NCBI GenBank assembly: GCA_000708835.1
Contig: DF236984.1
Location: 124,001-188,000, forward strand
Direction: 5' to 3'
From: Klebsormidium nitens
Lineage: Eukaryota; Plantae; Klebsormidiophyceae
DNA: 64,000 nucleotides
The first letter of the stretch is position 1, and each line of letters begins with the position of its first letter. The notes under the pieces are model-generated. The model was given only the letters and a program-made list of their open reading frames with translations, did no database searches and was not told the origin of the DNA. Shown here piece after piece: positions 25,682 through 38,500 of the stretch. The translations under genes were made by a program, and so were the position numbers.

Positions 25682-26905
25682 CTAAGCTTGTAGGATGTTG
25701 GCGTTGGGAAAAGAGGTCCCAAGCTGCTTGAACCTGACAAGATTACCAATCTCCAACTTGCTTGTTACCCTAAACCATTGCAAGCGACTGTGAGACACAC
25801 TGCTAGCCTCCGTAAGGTTCAGCAGTTGTAAAAGCCCACTTGAGACTTTCAAAGATGTCAACCTGGGCGGGAGGTGCCCCACGAACACCTCGAATGGCAA
25901 CGTGTCCGACTCGGGCGTAAGCTTTACTTCCCCATCAACAAAGTCAAGCGTCTGGAGCTCTGCACATTGCCTCAAGAGCGGCACCACCTTCACTTGCCAA
26001 TCCCCGAGAGTCTCGACTCCCTTGAAGCACAGATGCTCCAGGCTCAAGGGTTGTGCCCACCGCACCGGGTTTTGAAGCGAGAGGCTTCTCGCATCAATGA
26101 CGACGTTGGCGAGTGCCGGAGTTGCAAGAGCCAAGCGCTCCGATTGATTCTCCAAAGAGACAAGGGACTCAGACTTGATCCGCGCCGCGACTCCAACCTT
26201 GCTGTTAAGTACAAGCTTCTTGAGGGTTCCCGAGCGGATGGAGACAATCTCGGGCTCGTTGCTAGGAGGCCACCGGTTTGCATTCCCTCCTAGTAAGACC
26301 TTGAGCACCTCGATCTTTGAGCATCTCATGAGCAAATGCTCGAGAGCCTCCGGTTGTATGCTGACGCTGTTGAACTGGAGGCTTTTGAGCTGAGAGGGCG
26401 GCCTATTGTGCATGCTGTTGACGGCCGGCACCGCACCCCCCTCGCTAGAGACACTGAGGTGCTCGAGCACCGGGCTTATTAGCACATAGGCTATGAGCAT
26501 CGTGATGTCAAGCTCTGGCTCTCCCATCTTGCCAATAAAGTGGAAGTTGACCCGCTCCGGCAAACCCTCGATCAACTGGGTGGTGAAAAGAACGTGGGAG
26601 GGAACCGCCTTCACCTCGCTCGTTGTCATAACCAGGCTTAACTCTTGAAGGTTAACTTCGGGGTGCTCTAAGAACCTGGCCAGCCCAATGGATTGCTCCA
26701 TATCTCCAAGCTGCCAATTCAGCTTCTTGACCGCCCTTGTTAGCTCCAGAAAACGCTTGCATACACTTTGAGCCCGCACAAAGTCTCTTGCGCTGGTGGT
26801 CACGGCTTGGTCGCCAGTGTTCCGATGCGGGGAGTTGACCTCTGTTAGGACCTTGATGACCAACTCATCAGGCAAGAGCTGGAAGTAGTCTATGTCTGTG
26901 TCCAT
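25682..26905 (-). CDS. Intronless F-box protein with degenerate LRR-like C-terminus
   Basis: Single ORF. F-box motif FQLLPDELVIKVL...RDFVRAQSVCKRF near the start (ATG 26905; an upstream ATG at 27004 is possible), followed by repeated L..L.l segments. Confidence 0.85.
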   Translation of the reverse strand: MDTDIDYFQLLPDELVIKVLTEVNSPHRNTGDQAVTTSARDFVRAQSVCKRFLELTRAVKKLNWQLGDMEQSIGLARFLEHPEVNLQELSLVMTTSEVKAVPSHVLFTTQLIEGLPERVNFHFIGKMGEPELDITMLIAYVLISPVLEHLSVSSEGGAVPAVNSMHNRPPSQLKSLQFNSVSIQPEALEHLLMRCSKIEVLKVLLGGNANRWPPSNEPEIVSIRSGTLKKLVLNSKVGVAARIKSESLVSLENQSERLALATPALANVVIDARSLSLQNPVRWAQPLSLEHLCFKGVETLGDWQVKVVPLLRQCAELQTLDFVDGEVKLTPESDTLPFEVFVGHLPPRLTSLKVSSGLLQLLNLTEASSVSHSRLQWFRVTSKLEIGNLVRFKQLGTSFPNANILQA

Positions 26906-28516
26906 ATCTGCAAAGGGATTGATACATTCAGCTGATTCCGTATTTATTGAAGCTCTCTGAACAAAAATCCGATGAGAGCGCGTTATATTGATGTCTAGCG
27001 CCATGTGATTCTGCGCCAACAATCCTCGCAAGCGCAATCCGCTAACTTGTAGCAAACCCCAGAAAGTGCTGGTGAAGAAAGACACCTCACACAAACTTGA
27101 CAAAGCCTGCTGACTGACATCTGATTTATCTGAACTTCATCAATACAGGAACAGTGACACTTAGGATAGCCTGGGAGTTCAACACCAAGGAGAAGAAAAA
27201 GTTTTTGAGGAGCCTAGGAGAATTCTCATGAGACAGTCAGACCATTCTCTATTCATTTCTAAGGGCAACTGTATTACAAGCTACTCAACATTTACTACAA
27301 GTGTTTGGGGACCTGCGCCCGACAGACTCAGGTCAGGTCTGTCATAGTCCAAGGCAAGCAGGATGCTCCAGACAGAGAGCAATGCAACGCCATTCACTAC
27401 TGTCTACGCTCTATCAATGTTATGTACCATACCCATTGGAAGGTACAACTGACATTGCTTGAAGATATAACCGATTTACAGCATCCTGAGCGAGTTTCTT
27501 GAAAAAGGAAGGCAACAAGCACTGCGGAATTTGAGGAACTCTCACCTGATAATCGGACAATACAGACAATTTTTCTTAAAGAAGGGAGAAACGTTGTCCT
27601 GCTGAAAGCTCTTGCACAGCTCAGGGCTTCAGCTCCCTTTCCCCTTGATGCAGCATGCAGTGCGCCAATGACCTTGCCTTCCAAAAGCCGACCGCCCCCC
27701 CAGCTAGGCCTCTTAATCTGAATCATGCATGAGAAGCAACGAGTCAGGACTCAGGAGCATGATGCAATCGACAAAATGTTTGCCCCGGCTCGCTAGCGAG
27801 TGCGCTGACTCCTTTGTTGATCGTTCCGCTCGCGCAATTTCATATTAGCGAAGGACTAGGCATACCAGTGTAGTCAGGGTAGTCAGGATGCGCGTGAGAT
27901 AAGAGGTAGGTTGTATTGCGCATTCAGAAACAGTTGAGTGCCACGTGGGCCATGTGATCAAAGTCACTGAAGTTGATTGGCCGACGGCCTGACTGCTATT
28001 GTAGGTATCCAGCTCGCAAGTTTCTGCCAGGTACCGGCCAACCAGGCCTTAACAAAAACACATGGAAAGGAATGCTTAGTATCCAACGAACGAATCATAT
28101 AATATCCAATAAATAATTCACATTGTAGCTGAGGGGCAGGCTGCGTGACTGATTTGGCTTCGATCACAAGTTGCAGTAAGTCCGACAGCCCCAAGTAGAT
28201 TGGAGCAAAAGGTGGCTCATGACATAAAGAAGGCTCGACTACGGTCGACTTGACAAAAAATCAGGAAGGCGTTGACAAGGCTAGTTTGGCGATGCACTTG
28301 GAAGCCGCGAACGCTGTCACATTGAGGGACAGAAGGGAGCCCCTCGAGGGGAAGGACACTGTATACGCCTTGACGCAGACATCTTAAAATTGTCGACGTG
28401 ATCTATGCATGCCCTTCGCGCTGGTTGTGAACGAGTTGATAAACTGGCACACCCTGATGGGCCGTCTGTCCTTCAAGTTGACTTGGAATAGGGCACAATA
28501 TGACTGGGATCACAAT

Positions 28517-31500
28517 TTAGACTTTATGCCCCGCTTTCTTGAGCTTCTTTTCCACTTGCGTCAGCCTGGCTTTCATCGTCGCCAAAATGTCCTCAATGTT
28601 CGCGGCCATCTCTTCTTTCTGCGATAACACAAGAGGGAAAGAGGTCAGCGCCCACCAGATAGCCTGAAATTGTTAACTGCTGCACAGGCATCTCAGGCTT
28701 CCAAACTTGAGAGCAAGCCTGTAAGAAGACAAGTTCAGCTTACATTGCTAACGAACGAGGGCGAGGCTCATGCTCCAACGTCTTATGATACGGGCGTTCC
28801 GTTGTCTTTGCATAGGTCTTTTTGGAAGTCATCACACAGGTGATGTCGAGTCGCATCATAAGGGCAGAAAGATGGATGCACTGTATATCAATCAGGCACA
28901 ATAGTTTGTTCAGCAGGGTGTGATATGACTACGGCAAATTTTACTCTAGTAAAACGAACGCCTGATGTCTGCGCGTTCACCTCGAAGACTTTTTCCTGGG
29001 CCTCAATGCTTCTCATCAGTTTTAGATGCCTCTTGCGAAAGCAGCGAGCGAATTGAATGTCATCCTACGCCCGCTCCTGGTCTCAATGTCGCAGATCGAT
29101 TGTCAGCCTGAGCTCGAAGAGCGCAGCTGAAACATTGGACTTCATATAGTAATAATCGGCGTGGGTTGGATATGTTTGCACCGGCGAGTCGACACTAGTG
29201 TCTAGTTGTGACGCTTCGCCCCCACGAGACCACGTATTGTCTTGATGGCGGCGACCATCACGTGCATGTAGAGTGCTAGTCCGTCGCCCAAAGCCGCGTG
29301 ATGCCCAATGCACAAGCACTCCCTCACCTTGGCGTCCTGGATCGTCTGCTCAATCTCCGTCCGGGTCAGCTCCCGGGTGGGGCTGAGCGGAACTTTCCGG
29401 CGGGTGGTCTCGTCCAGTCTAATCTTCGAGATCGTATTCAGCTGCTGGTGGTGCTCCGGAAGGGGGTTCGTCTGCAATGAAAACAATCCAATTCGTTCCA
29501 CGTGTCAATAAGGAAAACACGTACTCACAGGCGGAGAGGTTCACTAGTGTCTTGTGAATCTTATGGCCGTGATCTGAGAGGCCTTGGAACTTGGCATACT
29601 TGGCAAAAGAGAACGCTCAAAGTGGTTTTTATAAACAAACCTTATTGACCATTGATTACCCGTGGCCTGCTTTACAAAATCCGTGTGCATACAATACAGG
29701 CACCGCGCGTTCCTGGAAACGATATGGAAGTGCCTCCTGACCTGAACAAATCATAAGGAAGAATGTTTCAACAAAGACGAGGCCTTTGTACGACACGGCC
29801 TTTGGATAAGAGAAAGCCGAAAATTCGCAGACCATTATGAACGGGAAGCGACGTCCTAATGTCCGGACTACAACGATCAAATTTGCGGGATTATCGAACT
29901 TTGGCCAGTGCATTTCGTCCTTCCGTATTCCCAGGTAGGGAGCGCTTCCTCATGGCAGAAGACCTTGATTGGGCTATTGGAGAAGAGGGCTTGGCCGCTA
30001 ATCTTACGTCTGCGTTACACTTACCTTTACAAGGGGATGCTTCAGGGCGAATTTCAGCGCGAGCACGGCCGCTGACGTGTCATCAATGTGCGGCAAGCCC
30101 CCGGCTGGCGTCGGCGCATTCGCCAACTGGTACAGCTCCCTTTCAGTCACCATCGGTTCGTCATACTCGTCCACCAGCCCCTCTACAGCTTCCGAAGTCC
30201 CCGCTACAGAGCCCTCTTTTCCGTCACCTTGTAAGCTTCCTTCCGGCGACCTGGACAAGCTCTCGCTCGCCAGACTGGTCGCCTCAAACGGCGCTTCGAA
30301 GCGTTTTTGCACCCGCTCCAGCGCGGCAATGATCTGCGTCTCCGGATACGCCGCCGCGAGATCCGCTAGCTGTTCCTTGCCGAGCTCCTCGACGGTCGCG
30401 CCGATCTGCGCGCCGAAGAGCGCGGGTTTGGGGCGCGGTTTGGGCTTGGTTAAGAGCCACCGCTGGCCGCGCGCGGCCGCCTCCGCGACCGCAGCTAAGA
30501 TCGGGACTGCACTTTCAAGGGGCTCTCCGTTTCCGTCGGAGCCGGCTCGAACAGCTAAGGGAGTGTCCCAAAGGGCGATCTGCAAAGAGGGCGATTGGAA
30601 TCAAGAAGTCGACGGGTGGATATGTACCAGACGCTCTGGTTGTGATCATTCGCGTTTCGTGCTTATCATTCTCCGTACTGGAACCATTCTCGTGTGGGGT
30701 GCGGATGGTAAAAGATTCTTTCGCCTTCATCGTTTCAAAGGTCGGGTAAAAAGAGAGTTTGCAAAAGCTTCCGCGGTGAGGCGCTGCGGCCAGATTGAGG
30801 TTTATAAATGACGAGATGGATTCTAGCCTCCCAGAGCACATGTGCTCGACTCGTTGAGAGCTGAGATTACTCACTCGTCGAAGGCTTTTTGAAAGGTGCA
30901 CAAGCCCTGCGGCGGCTTCCGCTTCTTCGATGCGGGTTGCCGCCAGGTCTAGTTCCGTCAGGCTGGAGAAGAGCGTATCGTGCGCAATGCTCTCCCAAGG
31001 AATCCGCCGGATTGGGTTCCGCGCGAGCGAGAGGGAGCGGAGGCAGGGCAACTGTGAGAGTTTCAGGAAGTGTCAGACAAGAGTACTTGAAACGAGTCAT
31101 TGACGTCTTGGCGGAAGTCAACGAGGCATTGATTGTGGAGTGAATGCTGATTACTGCTTCAAGAGGGACAGCAGCCGTGTTGGTGTGTCGGAGCAACGCA
31201 ACGAGGTCTTGTGACGAGAAACGTCGAAGTCCTCGGTCCTTGGCCACCAGATTGCTAAACTTTTCTCAGGAACAAAACATCTTCTCTCTAGTCAACTTAA
31301 GATTCCTTCAGGGCAACAGCTCCAGGGCAAGAGCTCCATGTTACGGCTTGAAACGCGCTGCATTGTCCGCTTGCTCTTCGGAAGCGAATTTCGGCGCAAG
31401 AAATGCTTAACGATTTTTGCCGCGACGTCGACTCTGCGTCCGTACCTTGCTCAGCGTAGTTAGTGAGCTCGAAGGCAGCCCGTTCGCCGACAGCGACAGC

Positions 31501-34500
31501 TTCTGCAACCGGTGGAACCTCCCGGGCAGGGCCACGTCCGCAGGAAGGTGCCCGGAGAGTCGATTGTGGTCAAAGTAGAGCTCGAGCAACCGGGGAAGGG
31601 TGGAGAGGAGGGAGAGGTCGGTGCGCGTTAGGTGGTTGAACGAGACGTCGAGGACCTGCAATGCAATCAGTGAGAGGTTCAAGAACCGAGCGCCTGCCAA
31701 GATTCTTGTGCATTTATCCTTTGCTTCCCCTTTCCCGTTCCTTTTCACGATCAGAATCATCAAAACGGTTCGAGTTGAACGTGGTGATGGAATACTGTAC
31801 TCAAAACACGCTGGAAGATGGAGATACTGTTTTTTTTGGGGGTAGTCAAGAGTTCAGGCTAAAAGGGAATTCAGGGAAGGGGGCTTCGGAACATGGTGTA
31901 AGTCAGGCCTTTTGAAGCACTGTAGACGCATGCAATCTGGTGGTATGATCGAAGCGCGTATGATTTCTCTTCTTTTTCTTTTCTCAGCAGTACTTCTGTA
32001 GTCCGTGTAATTCAGAAGCCGGAATGGATTGCAACAAGAAATGGACGAAAAAAAGTACGAAAGAAGAAAGAAAAGGAAAGAAAACACCAAACTCTCAGTG
32101 AAAACAGCGTCCTTGGGATAGAGTAGGGTAGACGGTATCCAAGACATGCTCACCTCAAGAATTTCAAACTGCCCCGGTTGGAAGCGCAGCTTGTCCAACT
32201 TGTTGCAGGGGAGGAGGAGGCGTGTGAGCGCAGTCAGACCGCCGAAGTTCTCCTGCAAGCAAATTACAACGGAATGGGTTTCAGTTGACGAGATAAGGAA
32301 AAAGAGCCGTACACTGTGCCTGGAGCGGCCAAGTGAAACCGAGACGGTATACGCGTCGCTGGCGCATCGGACATTCAAGGTCGACGTCGAACACGATAAA
32401 CATGCTTTAAAGACGAACCTAGAAATCGAAAATCTGTAGTCTGTCCAAAGAACTGAAGGAAGCTTGTCCGCTTTCCTAAGTTAGTCACAAACGGATTTCG
32501 ATCAATTACGGTGACAGTCGGAATATTGAGTCCGATAGCTGTCTGCTTGTCGTCTCGGTACCTGTCCATGGCATGAATACGCTCGGAGAGGCATAGACTC
32601 CAAGATAATACTATGACTACACGACGAGTCTTTCGCTCACCATCTTGAGAAAGTCGTTGCCCACATCCACGGTGTGGATCGGCTCAAAGAGCAGCGATAG
32701 CACGGCAAAAAACGAAAATCATTTGCTGTGGCCGCACCCAACTTTGTAAATGATTTCACGGCGGAGTCGGCAGAAAGGTGGTGGCCCTTGCTCACCATTT
32801 TGAGATAGTTGTCGGCGGCACTGACAGCCGAGAGCCGCTCGAAGAAGCGCATGTCATCCACCTCGACTGACGTCAGGTGACTGCCGCACAGGTTCACGAC
32901 CTCGGCCTCCTCGGGGAGCTCTACACCGGCCGCATCACACTGCAAGAAAGAAGCCCGGTTGTTTGTTCCGGTCAGATGCACGAAGTCCAAGATCGAAGTG
33001 CCAGTTTTCTGCTACTCGAGTGCTTTCAATTCAGAAAGGGCCGCAATACTCTTTGGTGGGGACTGGATCTTGTTCGAAAGCATGCCAAAGGATGGCAATC
33101 GGAACTTCGATTTAGTCCAATTGTCTACTTGTAATCTCCTATTCGTGTACGAGTACCTTCCAGAAGGACCGTCTTGAAATGTCTAGATACTCTGAGCCGT
33201 CAGGTCTTGCTTTGCGATTTCTAGGTCAGGGAGAATAGAGGGAGACATTTGTCCCGTGTTTCACATAAAGAGCCAGCAAGCCTTGTTACGATTGAATTTA
33301 GTAAACGGCAGAGAAAGACGGCTGATCAACCGAGGTTTAACAACACGACTTGGCCCACTTCTCCCCTTGCCAGTGATTGCAGTACAAAGTCCCCTGTGTA
33401 CCACCATCGATCCGACATACCTGTCCAATCTGCCGTCAGTGCCGAAAAGTTTTGAAGAACTGCAGATTCAATGAACGAGCTTTGCAAAACTCACCAGTAG
33501 GAAGCCATCCAGCAACACCTCCCCCAGTTCGCTCCTCGCAGATGGGGGCCTCCCAAAGCGCCCCTCCTGCACCCCCCGCTGTTTCGCCAGGACCGCTGGG
33601 GGAACCCTCTGCTTATGCAACGGGTTCCGAAACTGGAGTTTTTGGTCTGCAAACCTACTGAGAGCCCCTTCTAGAAAGTCCGCAGACTGGAGGCTGGTTG
33701 GCCCTTGGCCCAGAACGAGCTCGTGCTGGTCTGAGGAGTCCCAGTCTAGAGTCCTGGACATACTGAAATGAGCCTCCGGTAGTTGTAAGGTTTGCGAATG
33801 GGGTGCCTCTCTTGCAAAACGAGAGGCGGGTAAGCCTTTCAGTGGTGGTTTGACTTTACCTACCGGAGTCTTGGTGTTGTTTGCTTTATTTCCAAGGTCC
33901 AGATCGGACACTCCTTGAGATATGCTTGCTACGGACAGTTCGTTTGTATAAGATGTACTCGGGGTTTGAATCTGCTCGCCACCACTGTCCCATCTGGAAG
34001 CCTCGCTGATGCTGGACTCTTCTCTAACAGAGGACTCTACACTTGCACCGCTCGACATCACACCTGGCGTGACAGCCGCTCCCTCGGCATCCCTAGACGT
34101 TTCACTGCTCCTAATGCTATCCTCCGAGAGCACTGAGGTTCCAATCTCCGTTGCTGGCAAACTGCTTTGCGTGCTGACTGCAGATGGCTGACTTTCCGGC
34201 TGCAAACTTTTCTGCGGCACTGTCTTTCCACTTGAAGCTGCCTCCGCATCTTTACCAACCTGTACGGCTCCAAGTTTGGAACCGCTTATGCTTGCCAGCC
34301 CTTTACCCGTAAGCTTGCCAGGTCCACCCAGCTTCTCTTTTGACCCCTTTCCCTCGGCACCCCCAGCTTTGACCTCACTGACCTTTCCTACACCAGCTTC
34401 GCTTTTGCGTCTTTGTCCCTCGTTTACCTGCCCCTCCCTAGGCACCTTTTTGACCCCTTTGAGAGACTTTGAACGCTCCAGATTAGCAGCTGTTTTTGTA

Positions 34501-34616
34501 GCCACTTTGACTGAATCGTCATTCTTCCTGAGCAGGTGCAAGGGAAGTCGTGGCAAAACTGGAGCAGGCGGGACTTTGTTTGCTGGAATGAAGTCGAGGA
34601 CTGTTCCGCCCTCCAT
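28517..34616 (-). CDS. XRRA1: XRRA1-like leucine-rich repeat protein (about 850 aa)
   Basis: Phase-0 exons 34616-33495, 32939-32796, 32252-32154, 31655-31446, 31051-30875, 30579-30025, 29471-29328, 28618-28517; possible extra exon 29064-28981. The motif order LLDGFLL..VNL..D...F..L..V.AADN.L, LEVLDVSFNHL, L..LSLARNPI..IP, L.ELDLAAT.I, ALWDTPL matches XRRA1 as I recall it. Confidence 0.75.
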
Positions 34617-35502
34617 AATTGATTTTTTTAAAGGTCTCAATGAGCGACTCCCTACAAACAGCAAGCTAGCCTGTAGCTTACCCCAACACATATAAGTGAG
34701 CTCAGGCTTGTTGCGTGGAAGGATTGCCAGCTCTATTAGTAGCACGGCGGACTTGCGAACCTGCGTAACGATTACAGAGATTGCAATCTGGACTTCTTGA
34801 CTCGGACCAAGACCAGCTGGCTAACTAGCTCCACCCACCAAGAGCTGGGGGCGAATTTCAAAGCCAAAACTGTTCGCTTCAAGTATCACACAGATGGGTC
34901 CGCTTCCATCCGCTGCCACTGACGTCTTCACCAAGATGACTACTCATTGTCATTGACATGAGCATTGGCTCCGGGTTAAGCTCCTGCTTCTGAATTATTG
35001 TACAGGGCAGGAATCAGGAGAGGAGATTCAATACGGAGGCAACCTAAGTCCACTTCTCACACAACGGAACCATAACTTTAAGGTTTGGAGGCAGCAAATT
35101 AAGAGAATCTCTTGGGTTCTCGAATGCAAAACCCAATTTCATGCGGACCAAGGTGAATCAGAAACGCCCAACTAACTTTACAACCGACGGTTCAGATGTT
35201 GGAATCAAAGGAAGGCCTTCAATCCAACGGCTGGGAGCTGCAACCCAAGCGCTCGAGTCCCTTCGAGTGCATGAAGCTCCAGCTAGAGGCTAGATTCTAA
35301 AGGATAGAGCTTAGAACTCGGACGTTTTCTCTCCTGGCAAAGCTAGACAGCAAATTGCACCAGCAGGTCAGTCTACCTGGAATCCTCTTTCATTAGGTGC
35401 CTAGCTCTGTTTGTAGTCTGGCAGCATCTGTTTGCTGGCGAATAAGCGCTCTTATTCCCCGCACCCCCACTAAAGAGCTGGGAAGCTTGCGAGCTGTCCC
35501 AG

Positions 35503-38500
35503 ATGGCTGACTTTTTTGGTTCCCTGAACGACGGAGGCGCTGCAGAGGGTGGGAACACTTTGAACCTGAGCGAGAAGGAAAGGAGGGAGTTTGATGAGAT
35601 CACGTGAGTCTTCTTATTTCAACAAGCAGAGGGCATGCCTTCACCACCCTGCAGTTGCCTGCTAATCCTGGGGTGAAATTGTGCTGCAATGTGTTGTGAT
35701 GGCTGCTAAGTCTCAGCCTTGCTTGGCTTCATGTGGTAAGATGGGGATTGCTGCTAAATTTGGTCTTTGTACCTCAGACTGATATTCAGAGCCAGTGACT
35801 CCTTGGTTATAGTTCTCGATCAAGACTACCACTAGGGTTCATGCAAGATTTCCGATTGGGTTTACATTGCTCACCTCACCTTTGATCTCCTTATAAAATC
35901 AAGCAATGTCTGCAGAAGATTGTTTCTATCACTCCCCTAAGCAGATTAGACGCCCTGTGCATCATGGTCCTGCTGGTGAATGTCTTAGTTGTTCTTGCCC
36001 ACTGTTTGTGGTGCATGCTTTATTTTCCAAGAACTTTTCAAAATCACAAGCGTCAGCTCTGCTCCCTCCAAATATGATGTATCATCAAAGGCTATAGGGG
36101 GCATACTAAAGAAGACCTGCAGTTCAGCACGGAGGCAAAGGATACTCCAGTGCGCTTGAGCGGACGCCACCCTGCATCAACACTTTGGCAGCAACCATTT
36201 GAGCAACAGTTGGCGGAATTTCTTTTTAGAGCAGGCCCAAACAGAACTGCAGCAGAGCAGAGTAGAACTTGTACCAGAAGTTGATTAAAACTGGATGAAT
36301 ATGGAGCAAACGGACAAGGTGTGAATTCTGAACATCATCAGACCCAACTGCAACCTGCTCAGGGACACTTTTCTTGTGACAGGTTTGACAAGATCCAGGC
36401 CTTGACAGATGTAAACAAGCTCGCCCGTTTAGCGGCGTACATGCGCATAGAGGATTTTCACACCACAGCAGACGTGGCACAGGCACGCCTGCAAAATCTG
36501 CAGGGCTCAGCAGGGAGAGAAGAGAACCCCGTCCTTCCAGCAAGGTAAGCAGGGCCTTACAAGGAAATGTGTCAGAGAGGTGTGCCAATTCACAGTACAT
36601 ACAGCAGATATGTCTAAGAAAAGCTTTCATTTTCATTTGAGAGGGCGCTTTTGACGGCTGGTGGATTAATTCGAGGCCCCCGCGCATGTATGGCAGGATT
36701 TGAAAAGCAAACTGTTTCAGTCGCAGAGCTATGGTGAACTATTGGTGTGACTGCTGAGATGGCGGTATCATGAGAGTCTTTTGGGGGGGGTGGTCCTTTC
36801 AGCGACGGAATTGACCTTCTTCTACATGAGCGACTGTGGGGTTGTTGGGCAGGCTCATGCTCCCGCGGGGCTAGCATGTTGCTGGTGTAGATTACTTAAA
36901 ACCATTTCAACATTCAGAAAAATGAGCATGAGATTGACCTTTTGTATGAGATACATATCAATCTGTCAACCCGGCTCAACATATTTTCTCATATTGGTGA
37001 AAGACAGACAAAATGACGGAACTTTGGCGGGCTCTGAAGTTTGGCACCCTGTTTGAATGCAGAAAAGACGCTGACGCAGAACTAGACAAGGTGCTTCAGG
37101 AGCTAAAAAGCTGGGAGGCATCAGTGAAGGGAGCAGACAAGGCGCTGAAAAGCGATGCACCTCCAACGGAAGAGGACGCCCCTCCGGTCCGGCGCCATAT
37201 AGGGGGAAAGGTAGGTTGCCGTCAGCAAGGAAAATTCAGGACTAAATCTGTGCGGCGACAGGCGCGGCAGAATTGTCCTTTTGTTAGCAAGCGGCAGATG
37301 GTCTCTTTCTGCTTCTGGTTCCGAGTAGCGATTCTGCCTTCCTTCGTGGCTAGCCAACAGCTTTTCTGGACCGTTTCTAAAGGGCCCAGGTGAACCATTA
37401 CTCAGGTGCCAAGTTGGACCCCGAAACCAATCAACGAAAGCACTCACTAAGCAAAAAGAATCCTGTATGGTCTTGGCCCATGTCCGTTTTCCTCGAGGGA
37501 AGAAGGACAACACTTGGCTGGCAAAGTTTTGCCGCCAGCTGACGCTAGTTGATAGTCAATTGTTTACTCCGGAATTGGACGTGCTGTCGTTGTTAGAGTT
37601 TAACAGTAATAGCGATTGCTTATTTACTTCGTTAGTAAACGCGGGGTTCGGTAAACGGGTTTCAAACATGCAGGTTGGCAAGGCGGGCCTGATAGAAGAG
37701 CCCGAGGAAACCAAGCCCAAGAACGCGAAAGAGGTGATGGAGAAGGCCAAGCGGATGAAGGACGCAAAGGACGTGCGGAGCGGGGCCGAGTATTATCAAA
37801 AGTGGGACAAAGTTGCGGAGAATCTTGAGAAGGTGAGGGTTTTGGGTACAAGCGGCAGAAGCCAACTCTTTTTCTGAGCTGTTTCACATTTCCACCCCTG
37901 CTTTTTTGTTTGTTCGGGTGGCCACTCTGCTTGGCAGGATCTCCTCCTTAGCATGCGAAGATCAGTCTGTGCAGTGCCATAAATTCAACCTCAAGTATCT
38001 TCCATCCTGTAGACAAGGACTATGGCGAGGTGACCATACTTTGAAACACCCACGGTCCTGAGCAGACGGAGGTTCCCTGAACGGAAGCCAATACCTTCTT
38101 TTTTGAACAGGGGGTCCGCTTTGAAAACTGCCGGCAAAACTGCCGATTCTGTACCAGTCGTTGCTGCAGGCACCTCGATGGTCGGCTCGGAGATTCAAAA
38201 TCGTTCACACTCACCCGGGTCCTGCTCAGCTCAGAGAATGTGAATACTTCTTCGTGGGACCGGCCAGTAATCGCGATCGGACTAGAGAGCGCGCCGGATG
38301 CCCCCGACTCATTGTGCTCTTAGCTGCTGCAGCCGGCAGATTGAATGTGCCGATTGTCACATGTACTAAAAAGAAAGCTCCAATACAATCGTTCAAACTC
38401 ATACCGTTTCTTCTCACAGGAGGCGGAGGGTTCCCTTAAGAAAGCCAAGCCAGCTGCGAGCAAACCGAAGACCGAGACTGAGGAGATTCCTGAAGAGACT

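Noticed and set aside
36295-36320. Alternative SPAG1 start MNMEQTDK with a short first intron
   Set aside because: The upstream exon 35503-35603 has a stronger GTGAGT donor, the right phase and better continuity with the SPAG1 N-terminal motif.
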